Part shown: positions 8,169 through 18,080 of the stretch, one piece after another
Numbering within the stretch: position 1 is the first letter of the stretch
How the letters are laid out: each line of letters begins with the position of its first letter
NCBI GenBank assembly: GCA_022749935.1
Contig: JAKIWQ010000006.1
Location: 3,005-67,004, forward strand
DNA length: 64,000 nt
Source of the DNA: Thermoplasmata archaeon
Lineage (GTDB): Archaea > Thermoplasmatota > Thermoplasmata > Lutacidiplasmatales > UBA184
Direction: 5' to 3'
Position numbers and translations under genes: made by a program
Notes under the pieces: generated by a model
What the model was told of the DNA's origin: nothing
Database searches by the model: none
The model's input: only the letters and a program-made list of their open reading frames with translations

Positions 8169-9077
8169 CTAGGACTCCGTCTTCACTTCGTGACCGCCGA
8201 ACTTGTTGCGGAGCATCGCGAGGAGACGCTCGGTGAACGGGTCGGTCTCGCGGGACCGCAGTCGTTGCTGCAGCGCGAGCGTGATGACGGGCGCGGGGAT
8301 GTTCAAGTCCATCGCTTCCGTCACGGTCCACCTCCCCTCTCCCGAGTCGACGACCCAGGGCTCGATCCCCTTCAGGGTCGGGTTCTCGGCGAGCGCGTCC
8401 TCGGTGAGCTCGAGCAGCCAGGACCGGATGACGCTCCCGTAGCGCCACACTTCCGCGACCTGGTGGAGGTCGAGCGCGAAGTCGGTCTTGGCCTGGAGGA
8501 CGGCGAACCCCTCCGCGTACGCCTGCATCAGGCCGTACTCGATCCCGTTGTGGACCATCTTCACGAAATGTCCGGACCCGACCGAACCCATCCGTCCCCA
8601 ACCCTGCTGGGGGCCGGGGGCGAGGGTCTCGAGGATGGGTCGGACCCGCTCGACATCGGCCGGGTCCCCGCCCACCATCATCGAGTATCCGCCGGCCAGC
8701 CCCCAGATCCCGCCGCTCGTACCCACGTCGACGTACCGGAATCCCCAGCTGGTCACGAGCGTCGACCGTCGCAGGGTGTCCCGATAGTACGAGTTCCCGC
8801 CGTCTACGATCAGGTCCCCCGGAGCGAGGAGCGGACGGAGCTGGTCGAGCGTCTGGTCGACCGGAGCCCCCGAGGGGATCATGAGCCACACGACGCGGGG
8901 CGGGGCCAGCTGGCGCACCATGTCCGCGAGGGAGGTCGAGCCCGTCGCGCCCTGTTGGACCACGGCGTCGACCACGGAGGGGGTTCGTGCGAACCCGACC
9001 ACTCGGTGGCCCCCCCGCACGAGCCGGACCGTCATGTTGGCACCCATCTTTCCCAGGCCGACCATCCCCAGTTCCAT
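8169..9077 (-). CDS. gnd: 6-phosphogluconate dehydrogenase, short (about 300 aa) decarboxylating form
   Basis: MELGMVGLGKMGANMTVRL Rossmann start and GSGHFVKMVHNGIEYG. SD AGGAGGAACACCG precedes the ATG and overlaps the upstream HAD stop codon. Confidence 0.88.
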   Translation of the reverse strand: MELGMVGLGKMGANMTVRLVRGGHRVVGFARTPSVVDAVVQQGATGSTSLADMVRQLAPPRVVWLMIPSGAPVDQTLDQLRPLLAPGDLIVDGGNSYYRDTLRRSTLVTSWGFRYVDVGTSGGIWGLAGGYSMMVGGDPADVERVRPILETLAPGPQQGWGRMGSVGSGHFVKMVHNGIEYGLMQAYAEGFAVLQAKTDFALDLHQVAEVWRYGSVIRSWLLELTEDALAENPTLKGIEPWVVDSGEGRWTVTEAMDLNIPAPVITLALQQRLRSRETDPFTERLLAMLRNKFGGHEVKTES

Positions 9078-9088
9078 CGGTGTTCCTC

Positions 9089-9703
9089 CTACCCTGCTAC
9101 GACCCCGGAAGAGACCAGGCCTTCCCGGATCCGTTCGGGGTCCTGCACCTGAAGGGTGCGGAGACCGAGACGGGCGGCCGACTCCAAGTTCTCGAGCCGG
9201 TCGTCGAGCAGGAGGGCCTCCTCGGGGTCGCGTTGGGTGATCTGGAGGGCGTACCGATACGCCTCGGGGTCGGGCTTGCGCCGACCGGTGATGCAGGAGC
9301 TGAGGAAGACGTGGAAGATCTGCCGGAGGTCGAAGGTCTCGATGCGGTACCGATTCAAGTCGTCGGACTCGTTGTTCAGGGCCGCCATCACATACCTCCC
9401 CCCGGTCCGAACCGCGCGGGCGCAGGCGAGGGCGGAAGGGTGGGGCGAGGAGCACGCGTGCATGAACCGTCGGAAGTCCTCGTGCGTAAACGAGCGGGCC
9501 AGGTAGAAGACCGTCGCCGTTAGGTAGGCGTCCAGGTCGATCCGGCCGGTCTCAAATTCCCGCTCGACGCCCTCGTGACGTCGTTCGAACTCGACCGGGT
9601 CCAGACCGAACTTCTCGGCGGCGGAGTGACGGGCGCGGTGGTCCCACCCGTTGGAGAGTAGCACGCCGCCGATGTCCCAGAAGAGGACCGAGATCTCAGC
9701 CAT
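9089..9703 (-). CDS. HAD-superfamily hydrolase, subfamily IA (YihX-like motif I DIGGV)
   Basis: Motif I is FWDIGGVLL, motif III is RRKPDP, motif IV is LLLDD. 204 aa. Overlaps the tal-pgi stop by 8 nt. Confidence 0.75.
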   Translation of the reverse strand: MAEISVLFWDIGGVLLSNGWDHRARHSAAEKFGLDPVEFERRHEGVEREFETGRIDLDAYLTATVFYLARSFTHEDFRRFMHACSSPHPSALACARAVRTGGRYVMAALNNESDDLNRYRIETFDLRQIFHVFLSSCITGRRKPDPEAYRYALQITQRDPEEALLLDDRLENLESAARLGLRTLQVQDPERIREGLVSSGVVAG

Positions 9704-12452
9704 CCAGCACGTCCGTCAGGTGCCGGAGTCCCCCGGCGACATCGGAGCCGAGGTCGACCCGCAGGACCCGCCGGCCCTTTTGCCGAAGCGCTTGATAGTC
9801 CCCGAGGGCTTGGGCGCGGATGAGTTGGCCGAACGTGTAGCCCGCTCCGGGCACGTCGAGGTCTTTCTCGGGGGTATCGACGAGCTGGAGGAAGAGTCCG
9901 GTGTTGGGTCCCCCCTTGTGCAGTTGGCCGGTGGAGTGGAGGAATCGCGGACCGTAGCCGAGCGTCGTGGCCAGTTGCGTGCGTTCCAGCAACCGTCGTC
10001 GGAGGCCCTCGAGGCTCGCCCACGTGTCGGGACGTGGCGCGAGGTACGCCTGGATCCCGAAGTAGTCGCCGGGCCGACAGGAACCGAGCCACGAGCGGAC
10101 GGCCACCGAGAGCTCCGAGGCCGCGGCCGCGAGTACGGTGGTCACGGCGGGGGCCGCGGCCCCGCCCCCGGGCTGGGCCATCGCCTGACGAGCAAGTTCC
10201 TTCGCAAATTCAACGTCCGGTTGGTCGAAGGGGTTGATCCCCAGGATCGCAGCGGCGCTCGCCACGGCGACCTCCCATCGGAAGAATTCCTGCCCCAGGT
10301 CGAGGAGGTCGCGGGCCCGAAGCCGGACCACCGGATGGCCGGCGGCTTCGAGACGCTCCGTGTGCGCCGAGACCCCAGCGTCGGTCGCACGACCTTCCTG
10401 GATCTCGACGAAGAGACGGTCGGCACCGTACCGGTCCGGGGCCATCATCGGCTCGTCGACAACCGGGACGATCCCTTTGCCGATCTTGCCGGTGCTCTCG
10501 GCCACGAGCTGTTCCGCCCAATCGGGGAAGGGGGCGAACGCCGGCCCGGAGTAGAACGTAAGCTTGTCCCGACCGCTCATCGCCAATTCGCCGAGAGCGG
10601 CCCCTAGGCTCAGCCCGGGGTTCTGGACCGCGGGGACGGAGGGAGCGCATCCTTCGGCCATTGTCCAGGCACGGTCGAGCAGGCCGCGGACGTCCACCCC
10701 GGTCAGAGCCGCCGGAACCAGTCCGAAGGTCGTCAGCGCCGAGTACCGTCCACCGACCGTCGGAAGCGCTCGGAAGACGTAGCGGAATCCCTGGTCCCCG
10801 GCCAGCTTCTCGAGCGGAGTGCCGGGGTCGGTGACCGCGATGAAGTGGGATCCGGGCGAGGTGCCGGACGCGCGGAGGAGTTCCCAGAAGTACCGATAGA
10901 ACGACAGGGGTTCCGTCGTGGTCCCGGACTTGCTCGATACCACGAACAGGGTGTGATCCGGGTCGATACGCCCCTCGACCGCTCGGACGGCGTCCGGGTG
11001 CGTGCTGTCGAGGACGACCAGTTCCGGAAACCCGGTCCGGTGACCGAAGATCCGCCGAAACACATCGGGGGCCAGGCTCGAACCCCCCATCCCGAGGACG
11101 ACCACGAACCGAACCCCGTCGTGGCGGACCTTCTCGGCGAACCCGAGAAGCTCCGGCAGCTGCTCGTGCATCAGTTCGGGAAGCCGGAGCCACCCCAACC
11201 GTTCCGCCACCTCCGACGCAGGAGCCTCCGGCCAGAGCGTGGGGTCGCACCGCCAGAATCGATCCCCGACCCGCGCGTCCTGCCAGGCCTGCAACCGGGC
11301 CGCGACCCGGTCGGTCTGGGGTCCGAGGCTCCCCGACTGAGGGTCGACCGTCCCGGCGAGGATGGCGACCTTCTTCGCCTGCAACGAATCCAGGAGGTGC
11401 GCATACGAGGCCGAGAACGCGGCGACTCCCTCCACTTGCAACGCGTCGGTGACGGCGACCAGGTCGATCCCTGCGGCGGCCGCCCGCTTCAACGTGTCGC
11501 GGGCTTCGGGAACGCCCTCGAGGATCGTGTCGCCCCGGACCACCCCGTGGTCCTCGAAGGCCGTCAGCGTCGCGGGCGGGATCGTGTCGACCGTTTCGGG
11601 TCCCACGAGCTCCTCCACGTACATCGTGTCGCGGTACTTCGGGTCCTTCGTGCTCGTGCTGGCCCACAGGAGCCGCTGCGGGTGGGCTCCTCGGGCGGTC
11701 GATGCGGCAAAGGAGGTCCCGTCGAATAGTTCCTGGAAGCGGGCGTAGATCACACGGCTGTTCGCGATGGCGACCTTTCCCTTGAGGTCCTTGGCCCCGG
11801 GGACGGACGACGCGTCCAGCGCCTGGTCGACCGCCGAGTCGATCCGACTGACGAAGACGGAGGCGACCGACGCAAGCTGGGAGGGGTCCGGGGCGCGGGC
11901 GAGACCGCGGAGGTACGCCTGGGCCACGGCCTCGTAGTGGGCCATGGAAAACATCAGGGTGATGTTGACGTTGATGTTCTCGGAGAGCAATTGCTCCACG
12001 GCCGGGATCCCCTCCGGCGTCGCGGGTACCTTGATCAGAAGGTTCGGGCGGTGGACCGCGGTCCAAAGCCGCCGGGCCTCCGCGACCGTACCCGCCGTGT
12101 CGTGGGCGAGGCCCGGCGCGACCTCGAGGCTCACGAACCCGTCGACCCCGTGCGTGCGGTCGAACACCGGCCGCAAGACGTCGGCCGCCATCGTGACGTC
12201 GCCGATGGCGAGGCGCTCGTAGAGCTCGGCCGGTGCGAGATGGGGTTCCCGGGAAAGGAGTTCCTTCAGCGCCGCGTCGTAGTCTTGGCTGCCGGCAATC
12301 GCTTTCTCGAAGATGGTCGGGTTGATCGTGACGCCGGTGATCCCTTCCTGTTCGACCATCCGTCGGAGGTCACCGTGTGTCAACAGGCTCCGTCGGATGT
12401 AATCGAGCCACGGGGATTGCCCTCGGGCCAGCAACGCAGCGAGCCGGGTCAC
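9696..12452 (-). CDS. Bifunctional transaldolase / glucose-6-phosphate isomerase fusion
   Basis: The N-terminal half carries transaldolase motifs ([28 protein letters not shown]). The C-terminal half is PGI ([29 protein letters not shown]). 918 aa from GTG 12452, which overlaps the tkt stop (ATGTGA). The 1311-aa track ORF is an over-extension into tkt. Confidence 0.88.
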   Translation of the reverse strand: MTRLAALLARGQSPWLDYIRRSLLTHGDLRRMVEQEGITGVTINPTIFEKAIAGSQDYDAALKELLSREPHLAPAELYERLAIGDVTMAADVLRPVFDRTHGVDGFVSLEVAPGLAHDTAGTVAEARRLWTAVHRPNLLIKVPATPEGIPAVEQLLSENINVNITLMFSMAHYEAVAQAYLRGLARAPDPSQLASVASVFVSRIDSAVDQALDASSVPGAKDLKGKVAIANSRVIYARFQELFDGTSFAASTARGAHPQRLLWASTSTKDPKYRDTMYVEELVGPETVDTIPPATLTAFEDHGVVRGDTILEGVPEARDTLKRAAAAGIDLVAVTDALQVEGVAAFSASYAHLLDSLQAKKVAILAGTVDPQSGSLGPQTDRVAARLQAWQDARVGDRFWRCDPTLWPEAPASEVAERLGWLRLPELMHEQLPELLGFAEKVRHDGVRFVVVLGMGGSSLAPDVFRRIFGHRTGFPELVVLDSTHPDAVRAVEGRIDPDHTLFVVSSKSGTTTEPLSFYRYFWELLRASGTSPGSHFIAVTDPGTPLEKLAGDQGFRYVFRALPTVGGRYSALTTFGLVPAALTGVDVRGLLDRAWTMAEGCAPSVPAVQNPGLSLGAALGELAMSGRDKLTFYSGPAFAPFPDWAEQLVAESTGKIGKGIVPVVDEPMMAPDRYGADRLFVEIQEGRATDAGVSAHTERLEAAGHPVVRLRARDLLDLGQEFFRWEVAVASAAAILGINPFDQPDVEFAKELARQAMAQPGGGAAAPAVTTVLAAAASELSVAVRSWLGSCRPGDYFGIQAYLAPRPDTWASLEGLRRRLLERTQLATTLGYGPRFLHSTGQLHKGGPNTGLFLQLVDTPEKDLDVPGAGYTFGQLIRAQALGDYQALRQKGRRVLRVDLGSDVAGGLRHLTDVLDG

Positions 12453-14464
12453 ATGCCCGCCCCGCTGGCCGAGACGCTCAGCACCCGCCGGACGACCTCC
12501 ACCACGTGCTCGGGGGTGAGGCCCAGTTCCCGCTGGACGGTCGCGCCGGGGGCGGACGCACCGAATCGGTTCACGCCCACCGACTCCCCCTCGGCCCCGA
12601 CGTACCGGGTCCAGCCGAGCGTGACGCCCGCTTCGACCGAGACCTTCGGGACGCCGGGCAGGAGGACCGAGTCCCGATACGAAGCGGACTGCTCGTCGAA
12701 CACTTGCCACGAGGGGAGCGAGACGACGCGCACCGGGATTCCTCCGATGCCGAGCTGCTTCTGAGCTTCCAGGGCGAGGGAGACCTCCGAACCGGTCGCG
12801 ATGAGGACGACCGCGGGTGCGCCGGACCACGGATCGGACAGGACGTATCCTCCCCGGCGCGCCCCCTCCGCGATCGGGTGGGCCGCGGGATCGAGTACCG
12901 GAAGTTTCTGACGGGTGAGGGCGAGTACCGAGGGACCGTGCCGCTCGATCGCGAGGCGCCACGCTGCGACGGTCTCGTTCGCGTCGGCGGGTCGGAAGAG
13001 CGTCAGGTCGGGGATGGCGCGGAGACTGACGAGGTGCTCGATCGGCTGGTGGGTCGGTCCATCCTCCCCCATGCCGATGCTGTCGTGGGTGAACACGAGT
13101 ACCACATGGGCCCCCTGCAGCGCGGCCAATCGGATCGCGCCGCGTGCGTAGTCGGAGAAGACCAGGAACGTCCCCCCGTAGGGGAGGAGTCCACCGTGGA
13201 GCGCCATTCCGTTGAGCACCGCGACCATCGCATGCTCCCGGACTCCGAAGTGGAAGTTCCGACCGCTCCCGTCCGTGGACGAGTAGTCCGGGGAACCGGG
13301 CAGGAGGGTCTTCGTCGACGGGGAGAGGTCGGCCGCCCCTCCCACGAGGGCCGGAAGTTTGGCGACCAGCGACTGCAGCACCTTCTGGGAGGCATCCCGC
13401 GTGGCCATCGGCCCGTCGCTGGGGCGGAAGGTCGGGAGGTCGGAGTCCCAACCGGAGGGTCGGTCTCCGCGGAGCTGGGCCTCGAACGCCACGACCTCGG
13501 CGGGATGTTCGCTCCGGCAGCGGTCCCGTTGGGACTCCCACTCCTTTTGCCAGGCCGCTCCCCGGTCCAGGGCGTTCCGGAAGTGGGCTCGGGCCTCGTC
13601 GGGAACGAGGAACGTGGGGTCGAGCGGCCACCCCAGCTTTTCCTTGGTCGCGCGCAGGTTGACGGGTCCGAGGGGTTCTCCGTGGGCTTCCCGCGTGTCC
13701 TGAACGGGGCTCCCGTAGCCGATGTGCGTCCGGACGCAGATGAGCGTGGGCCGGTTCTTCTCCGATTGCGCGTGCCGGAGGGCCCCCTCAACGGCCGCGA
13801 GGTCGTTGCCGTCGGTGACCTTCACGACTTGCCAACCATACGACTCGAACCGGTGGCCGACGTCCTCGGTGAAGGCCCATTCGGTCGGTCCTTCGAGCGA
13901 GATGTGGTTGTCGTCGTAGAGATAGATGAGCTTCCCCAGACCCAGGGTGCCGGCGAGGGAAGCGGCTTCGGATGCGATCCCTTCCATCAGGTCCCCGTCC
14001 GAGACGATCCCGTACGTGTAGTGATCCACGAGGGGGAACCCCGCAGCGGCCGAGGAGGCCGAGAGATGACGTTCGGCGATGGCCATCCCGACCCCCATCG
14101 CGAACCCTTGGCCGAGCGGCCCGGTGGTGGCTTCCACGCCGGGAGTGCGCCCGTACTCCGGGTGTCCCGGCGTCCGGCTACCCCACTGCCGGAACCGCTG
14201 GAGCTCCTCCATCGGGAGGTCGTAGCCGGTGAGGTGAAGCAGCGAGTAGAGCAACGCCGAACCGTGCCCCGCCGAGAGGACGAATCGGTCCCGGTTCGGC
14301 CAGTGGGGATCGGCGGGGTTGTGTCGAAGGAATCGGTCCCAGAGGACGTAGGCCATCGGCGCCGCGCCGAGCGGCAGACCGGGATGGCCGGACTTGGCCT
14401 TTTCCACCGCGTCGACGGAGAGGAAGCGGAGCGTGTTGATGCACGTCGTATCCAGGTCGGTCAT
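12449..14464 (-). CDS. tkt: Transketolase
   Basis: 671 aa with [18 protein letters not shown], the TPP motif [11 protein letters not shown], and [19 protein letters not shown]. Confidence 0.95.
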   Translation of the reverse strand: MTDLDTTCINTLRFLSVDAVEKAKSGHPGLPLGAAPMAYVLWDRFLRHNPADPHWPNRDRFVLSAGHGSALLYSLLHLTGYDLPMEELQRFRQWGSRTPGHPEYGRTPGVEATTGPLGQGFAMGVGMAIAERHLSASSAAAGFPLVDHYTYGIVSDGDLMEGIASEAASLAGTLGLGKLIYLYDDNHISLEGPTEWAFTEDVGHRFESYGWQVVKVTDGNDLAAVEGALRHAQSEKNRPTLICVRTHIGYGSPVQDTREAHGEPLGPVNLRATKEKLGWPLDPTFLVPDEARAHFRNALDRGAAWQKEWESQRDRCRSEHPAEVVAFEAQLRGDRPSGWDSDLPTFRPSDGPMATRDASQKVLQSLVAKLPALVGGAADLSPSTKTLLPGSPDYSSTDGSGRNFHFGVREHAMVAVLNGMALHGGLLPYGGTFLVFSDYARGAIRLAALQGAHVVLVFTHDSIGMGEDGPTHQPIEHLVSLRAIPDLTLFRPADANETVAAWRLAIERHGPSVLALTRQKLPVLDPAAHPIAEGARRGGYVLSDPWSGAPAVVLIATGSEVSLALEAQKQLGIGGIPVRVVSLPSWQVFDEQSASYRDSVLLPGVPKVSVEAGVTLGWTRYVGAEGESVGVNRFGASAPGATVQRELGLTPEHVVEVVRRVLSVSASGAGM

Positions 14465-14678
14465 CGTGTCCGCTCGGGACGTCCAGGGGGAAGGACGTGG
14501 GCCAGTGCGGGGAAACCGAGGTGGGGGTCCCTCGGTCCGATCCGTACACCGCTCTCCGTCCCGACCGGGTCCTGAGGCGACCCCGCAGAACGCGTCGGTC
14601 TAAAAGCGAAGCCTCCCCGGCGAGGCGGAATTCGAAGTGCGGGTCGAACCGTCCAACGCCCGGAGCTCCCGTCGGAGG

Positions 14679-14686
14679 AATTAATA
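14679..14686 (+). promoter_or_regulatory. TATA-like box (AATTAATA) for the methyltransferase gene
   Basis: The only A/T octamer in this GC-rich 250-nt intergenic region. Centred about 32 nt upstream of ATG 14715. Confidence 0.4.
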
Positions 14687-14714
14687 CGCCCCTCGTGCCG
14701 CCGGAATCGGACCC

Positions 14715-15626
14715 ATGGACAAAGGGGGATGGAACGCACTCGCCGCCTGGCGTGACCGTCGGATGGGCGAGCGGGGGGATCTCTGGCACCGGGCGATCAT
14801 CGACCCGACGCTCCTCTCCGTGCTCGGGCAGGTACGGGGCTTGCGCATCCTGGACCTCGGCTGCGGCAACGGCTACCTGACCCGCCGCTGGGCCCGGCTG
14901 GGCGCCGCCGAGTCGGTCGGCGTGGACGCGTCCACCGCGAGCCTGCGGTTCGCTCGGCGGCGCGAACGAAACCATCCCTCCGGGGCCCGCTTCCTCCACG
15001 GCAACGCGGCCCGGCTCCCGGAATTTGAGGACGGCCGGTTCGACCGGGTCGTCGCCCACATGTCCCTCATGGATATCGAGGACGGCGCGGGCGCGATTCG
15101 GGAGGCCGGACGGGTGCTGGCGCCCCAAGGACGATTCGTGTTCTCGATCTCCCACCCCTGTTTTGACATTGATGTTCGATCGGTGTGGGTCGTCGAGCGA
15201 CACCTGAACGAGAGTACGGTCTCCCGGAAAGTGACCGGATATCGGAAAGAAAGAACGGTCCGCATCCCGTGGGACATCTCCGGGAAGAGGACCGCGTACA
15301 CCCTAGCCTACCATCGACCGCTCTCCGTATACCTCCGGTACCTTCGCGAGTCCGGCTTCGCGGTGATCCGGATGGAAGAGCCGAGTCCCCGGCGCGAAGC
15401 CATCCGAAAGAGTCCCCAGGGACCGTTCATGGTGGAGATCCCGCTCCATCTGATCGTGGAAGCCGTCCACCGCCCGCTCCCCGTGCGGAGCGCGCCGAGT
15501 CGAGTTAGCTCACCGGCATCGCGAACGACGGGACGTACTCCCGGGGCAGTCGCCCGACGATCGGGATCGCGTGGCCGCAAGCGCGGCAGCGATTCGCGGC
15601 GTCGAGGTTCCACGCCTGGATCGTGA
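14715..15626 (+). CDS. Class I SAM-dependent methyltransferase
   Basis: ILDLGCGNGYLTRRW motif I and DRVVAHMSLMDI. The last 40 or so codons form a low-complexity R/S/G tail that overlaps the convergent radical SAM gene by 122 nt. Confidence 0.8.
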   Translation: MDKGGWNALAAWRDRRMGERGDLWHRAIIDPTLLSVLGQVRGLRILDLGCGNGYLTRRWARLGAAESVGVDASTASLRFARRRERNHPSGARFLHGNAARLPEFEDGRFDRVVAHMSLMDIEDGAGAIREAGRVLAPQGRFVFSISHPCFDIDVRSVWVVERHLNESTVSRKVTGYRKERTVRIPWDISGKRTAYTLAYHRPLSVYLRYLRESGFAVIRMEEPSPRREAIRKSPQGPFMVEIPLHLIVEAVHRPLPVRSAPSRVSSPASRTTGRTPGAVARRSGSRGRKRGSDSRRRGSTPGS

Positions 15627-16560
15627 ACCCGTAGCGCCGTACCGCGATGGCGCCACAGGCCGGGCAGTAGGTGTGTTCGAGCGGGTGGCCCCAGACGTTC
15701 CCGAGGTAGACGTACTCCAATCCTTCCGCCTTCGCGACCGCGTGGAGCTTCTCGAGGGTCGGGATGGGGGTCTCGGGGAGGTCCATCATCTTGTAGTCGG
15801 GGTGGAACCGGAGCAGGTGGAACGGGGTGGACGGCCCCAGGTCGTCGTGGACGCGACGTGCGAGCACCCGTGTGGCCTCGACCGAGTCCCCGACCTCCGG
15901 GACGATGAGGTCGGTCACCTCGACGTGCACCCCGCGGCGCTGGAGATCGGCCATGGTCGACCAGATCGGTTCCGGGCCCTTCGCGGAGACGTACTTCCGC
16001 ATGAACCCGGGCTCCCCGCTTCCCTTGAAGTCGACGCTCACGGCCGAGAGGTGGGGACCGAGCAGTTCCGTCGCCTCCGGGGTCATGTACCCGTTGGTCA
16101 CGAAGTTGGCGAAGAGTCCGGCGGCGCGCGCCTCGCGGATTACGTCGAGCGCGTACTCGATGAAGATGGTCGGCTCGTTGTAGGTGAACGTGACCCCGGA
16201 GCATCCGTAGCGAAGCGCTCCCTCGACGGCTTGGCGCGGCGAAAGTGGGCGTCCCACCACCTCCTGCTCCTGAGAGATCTCGGCGTTCTGGCAGTAAAGG
16301 CACCGCCAGTTGCATCCGACCGTACCGATCGAGTAGACCCGCGTTCCGGGATGGAAGTGGGAGAGGGGTTTCTTCTCCACCGGGTCGACCTGGACCGCGG
16401 CCGCCTTCCCATACGACAGGAGCTCGAGCCGTCCCCCCTCGTTTTTCCGGACGAAGCAGAACCCGTGGGATCCGACGGGGATGGTGCAGTAGCGTGCGCA
16501 GGCGGTACAACGAACCTTGCCCTCGGCGAGCGGCTGGTAGAGGAGGGCCGGATGCGCCAT
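15505..16560 (-). CDS. AmmeMemoRadiSam-system radical SAM enzyme (PFL-activase-like)
   Basis: N-terminal RCTACARYCTI Cys cluster, the radical SAM motif GCNWRCLYCQN, and C-terminal YCPACG...RCRACG. 351 aa. Confidence 0.85.
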   Translation of the reverse strand: MAHPALLYQPLAEGKVRCTACARYCTIPVGSHGFCFVRKNEGGRLELLSYGKAAAVQVDPVEKKPLSHFHPGTRVYSIGTVGCNWRCLYCQNAEISQEQEVVGRPLSPRQAVEGALRYGCSGVTFTYNEPTIFIEYALDVIREARAAGLFANFVTNGYMTPEATELLGPHLSAVSVDFKGSGEPGFMRKYVSAKGPEPIWSTMADLQRRGVHVEVTDLIVPEVGDSVEATRVLARRVHDDLGPSTPFHLLRFHPDYKMMDLPETPIPTLEKLHAVAKAEGLEYVYLGNVWGHPLEHTYCPACGAIAVRRYGFTIQAWNLDAANRCRACGHAIPIVGRLPREYVPSFAMPVS

Positions 16561-16693
16561 CGGAACCCCGTACGTCGCTTCTAGGGCGGGACGTCCGATA
16601 ACGATGGCCCTTCCCCCTCTCCACCTCGAGCCGAAGGTTCATCCCCCTCGGGGCGGTCGGGCGGCCGTGGCCCCGACCCATCGGCCCGTTTCG

Positions 16694-18079
16694 GTGAACG
16701 TGGAGGCGGACCGGTTGGAGACCGAAGTCTCCCGGAGGATCTCTCCCTCCTCCGAGATGGAGGCCCGGGTCGCCCGGGTCCGCACCGAACTCGTGGACCG
16801 GGTCCGAACCGCGGCGGACACGCGATCGAGCCCTCTCGTGCGCGCCCTGGTCGCCGGTAGTGCCGCCCGCGGGACGTATCTCTCGGACCGGTTGGACATC
16901 GACCTCTTCCTCCTCTTCCCTCCGGACTTGCCGAAGGACCGGCTACGGGAGGAGGGACTCGCCCTCGGTCGAGCCGTCCTCACCCAGACCGAAACGCGGT
17001 ACGCGGAGCACCCGTACCTCCGAGGCCAGTTCGAGGGGTTCAGCGTGGACGCGGTTCCCGGTTTCGCGATCACCGACCCGTCCCACCCGCTCTCGCCGGT
17101 CGACCGTACTCCCTTCCACCAGGAGTACCTCGTGGCCCGGGAGACCCCGGAGCTCGTCGCGCAGGTGCGACTGGCTAAGCAGTTCTTTCGGTCGCTGGGA
17201 GTCTATGGTTCCGAGTCGCGGACCGAAGGGTTTTCGGGGTACCTGGTCGAGCTCCTCGTGCTGCGGTTCGGCTCGCTGCAGGGTCTGCTCGGAGCCGCCC
17301 GGGCGTGGCGGCTGCCGGTTCGGATCGAAACGGCGGACCGCGATCCGCCTCGTCTTCCCGCAGACGTCGCGCTCATCCTCGCGGACCCCGTGGACCCGCA
17401 TCGGAACGTCGCGACCGCCCTCTCCCAGCGGAATCTCGCGCTCCTCGTCCTTGGGGCCGGAGCGTACCTCGACCATCCGACGGAGCGCTGGTTCGAGGTC
17501 CGTCCCGTGCCGCCGCTCGCCCGAGAGGAAGCGATCGCCCTCGTCCGGGAGCGGGGCACCCACGTGCTGGTCGTCTCGCTCCCCCGACCCGACCTCGTCG
17601 ACGACACTCTCTACCCTCAGGTTCGGAAGGCCGAGCGGGCCCTCGCCGAGGAAGTCGGTCGATCCGGGTTCGAGGTCATCGGGTCGTCGTCCTCCGTCGA
17701 ACCAGAGCGCGTCGTCGTCGCACTCGAAGTGGGCCACGCCCATCGCCCCGCGGTCCGGGTGCAGCCAGGACCCCCGGCCGGACTCGACCGGGTGGGTCAA
17801 TTCCTCGAGAAGTGGACGGCGCCGGACGCGCCAGTGCTCCAGGGGCCGTACGTTCGGCCGGACGGAAGTCTCGGGGTGGACACCCGTCGTTCCGACCGGG
17901 AGGTCGAGACGGTGCTCCGGTCCGCGCTCCCGCGGCTCTCGCTCGGACGGGACCTCACCCCGCCCGACCCCGAGCGCGTCACCGTCCGGGCCCTGACGGC
18001 AGAATCCGATACACCGGCGCTTTCCGACGCCCTGCGGGAGCTCCTCGACCGGCGGCTGCCGTGGCTTCGGTCGAAATGA
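16694..18079 (+). CDS. cca: Archaeal class I CCA-adding enzyme (tRNA nucleotidyltransferase)
   Basis: GSAARGTYLSDRLDIDLFLLFP catalytic carboxylates, YAEHPYLRG, SPVDRTPFHQEYL, GFSGYLVELLV. Start uncertain: GTG 16694 chosen by N-terminal alignment logic; alternatives are 16604, 16700 and 16757. Confidence 0.82.
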   Translation: MNVEADRLETEVSRRISPSSEMEARVARVRTELVDRVRTAADTRSSPLVRALVAGSAARGTYLSDRLDIDLFLLFPPDLPKDRLREEGLALGRAVLTQTETRYAEHPYLRGQFEGFSVDAVPGFAITDPSHPLSPVDRTPFHQEYLVARETPELVAQVRLAKQFFRSLGVYGSESRTEGFSGYLVELLVLRFGSLQGLLGAARAWRLPVRIETADRDPPRLPADVALILADPVDPHRNVATALSQRNLALLVLGAGAYLDHPTERWFEVRPVPPLAREEAIALVRERGTHVLVVSLPRPDLVDDTLYPQVRKAERALAEEVGRSGFEVIGSSSSVEPERVVVALEVGHAHRPAVRVQPGPPAGLDRVGQFLEKWTAPDAPVLQGPYVRPDGSLGVDTRRSDREVETVLRSALPRLSLGRDLTPPDPERVTVRALTAESDTPALSDALRELLDRRLPWLRSK

Positions 18080-18080
18080 C

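Noticed and set aside
12377-14575. 732-aa plus-strand ORF and other long alternative frames (10210..12066 -, 1115..2239 -, 5951..7732 upstream part, 6709..8889 upstream part, 53657..54913)
   Set aside because: They are either antisense to tkt/tal-pgi/rpa or are N-terminal over-extensions of pgl, zwf and pyrF into the preceding gene. The homology-bearing parts begin at internal in-frame starts placed 2-8 nt after the upstream stop.
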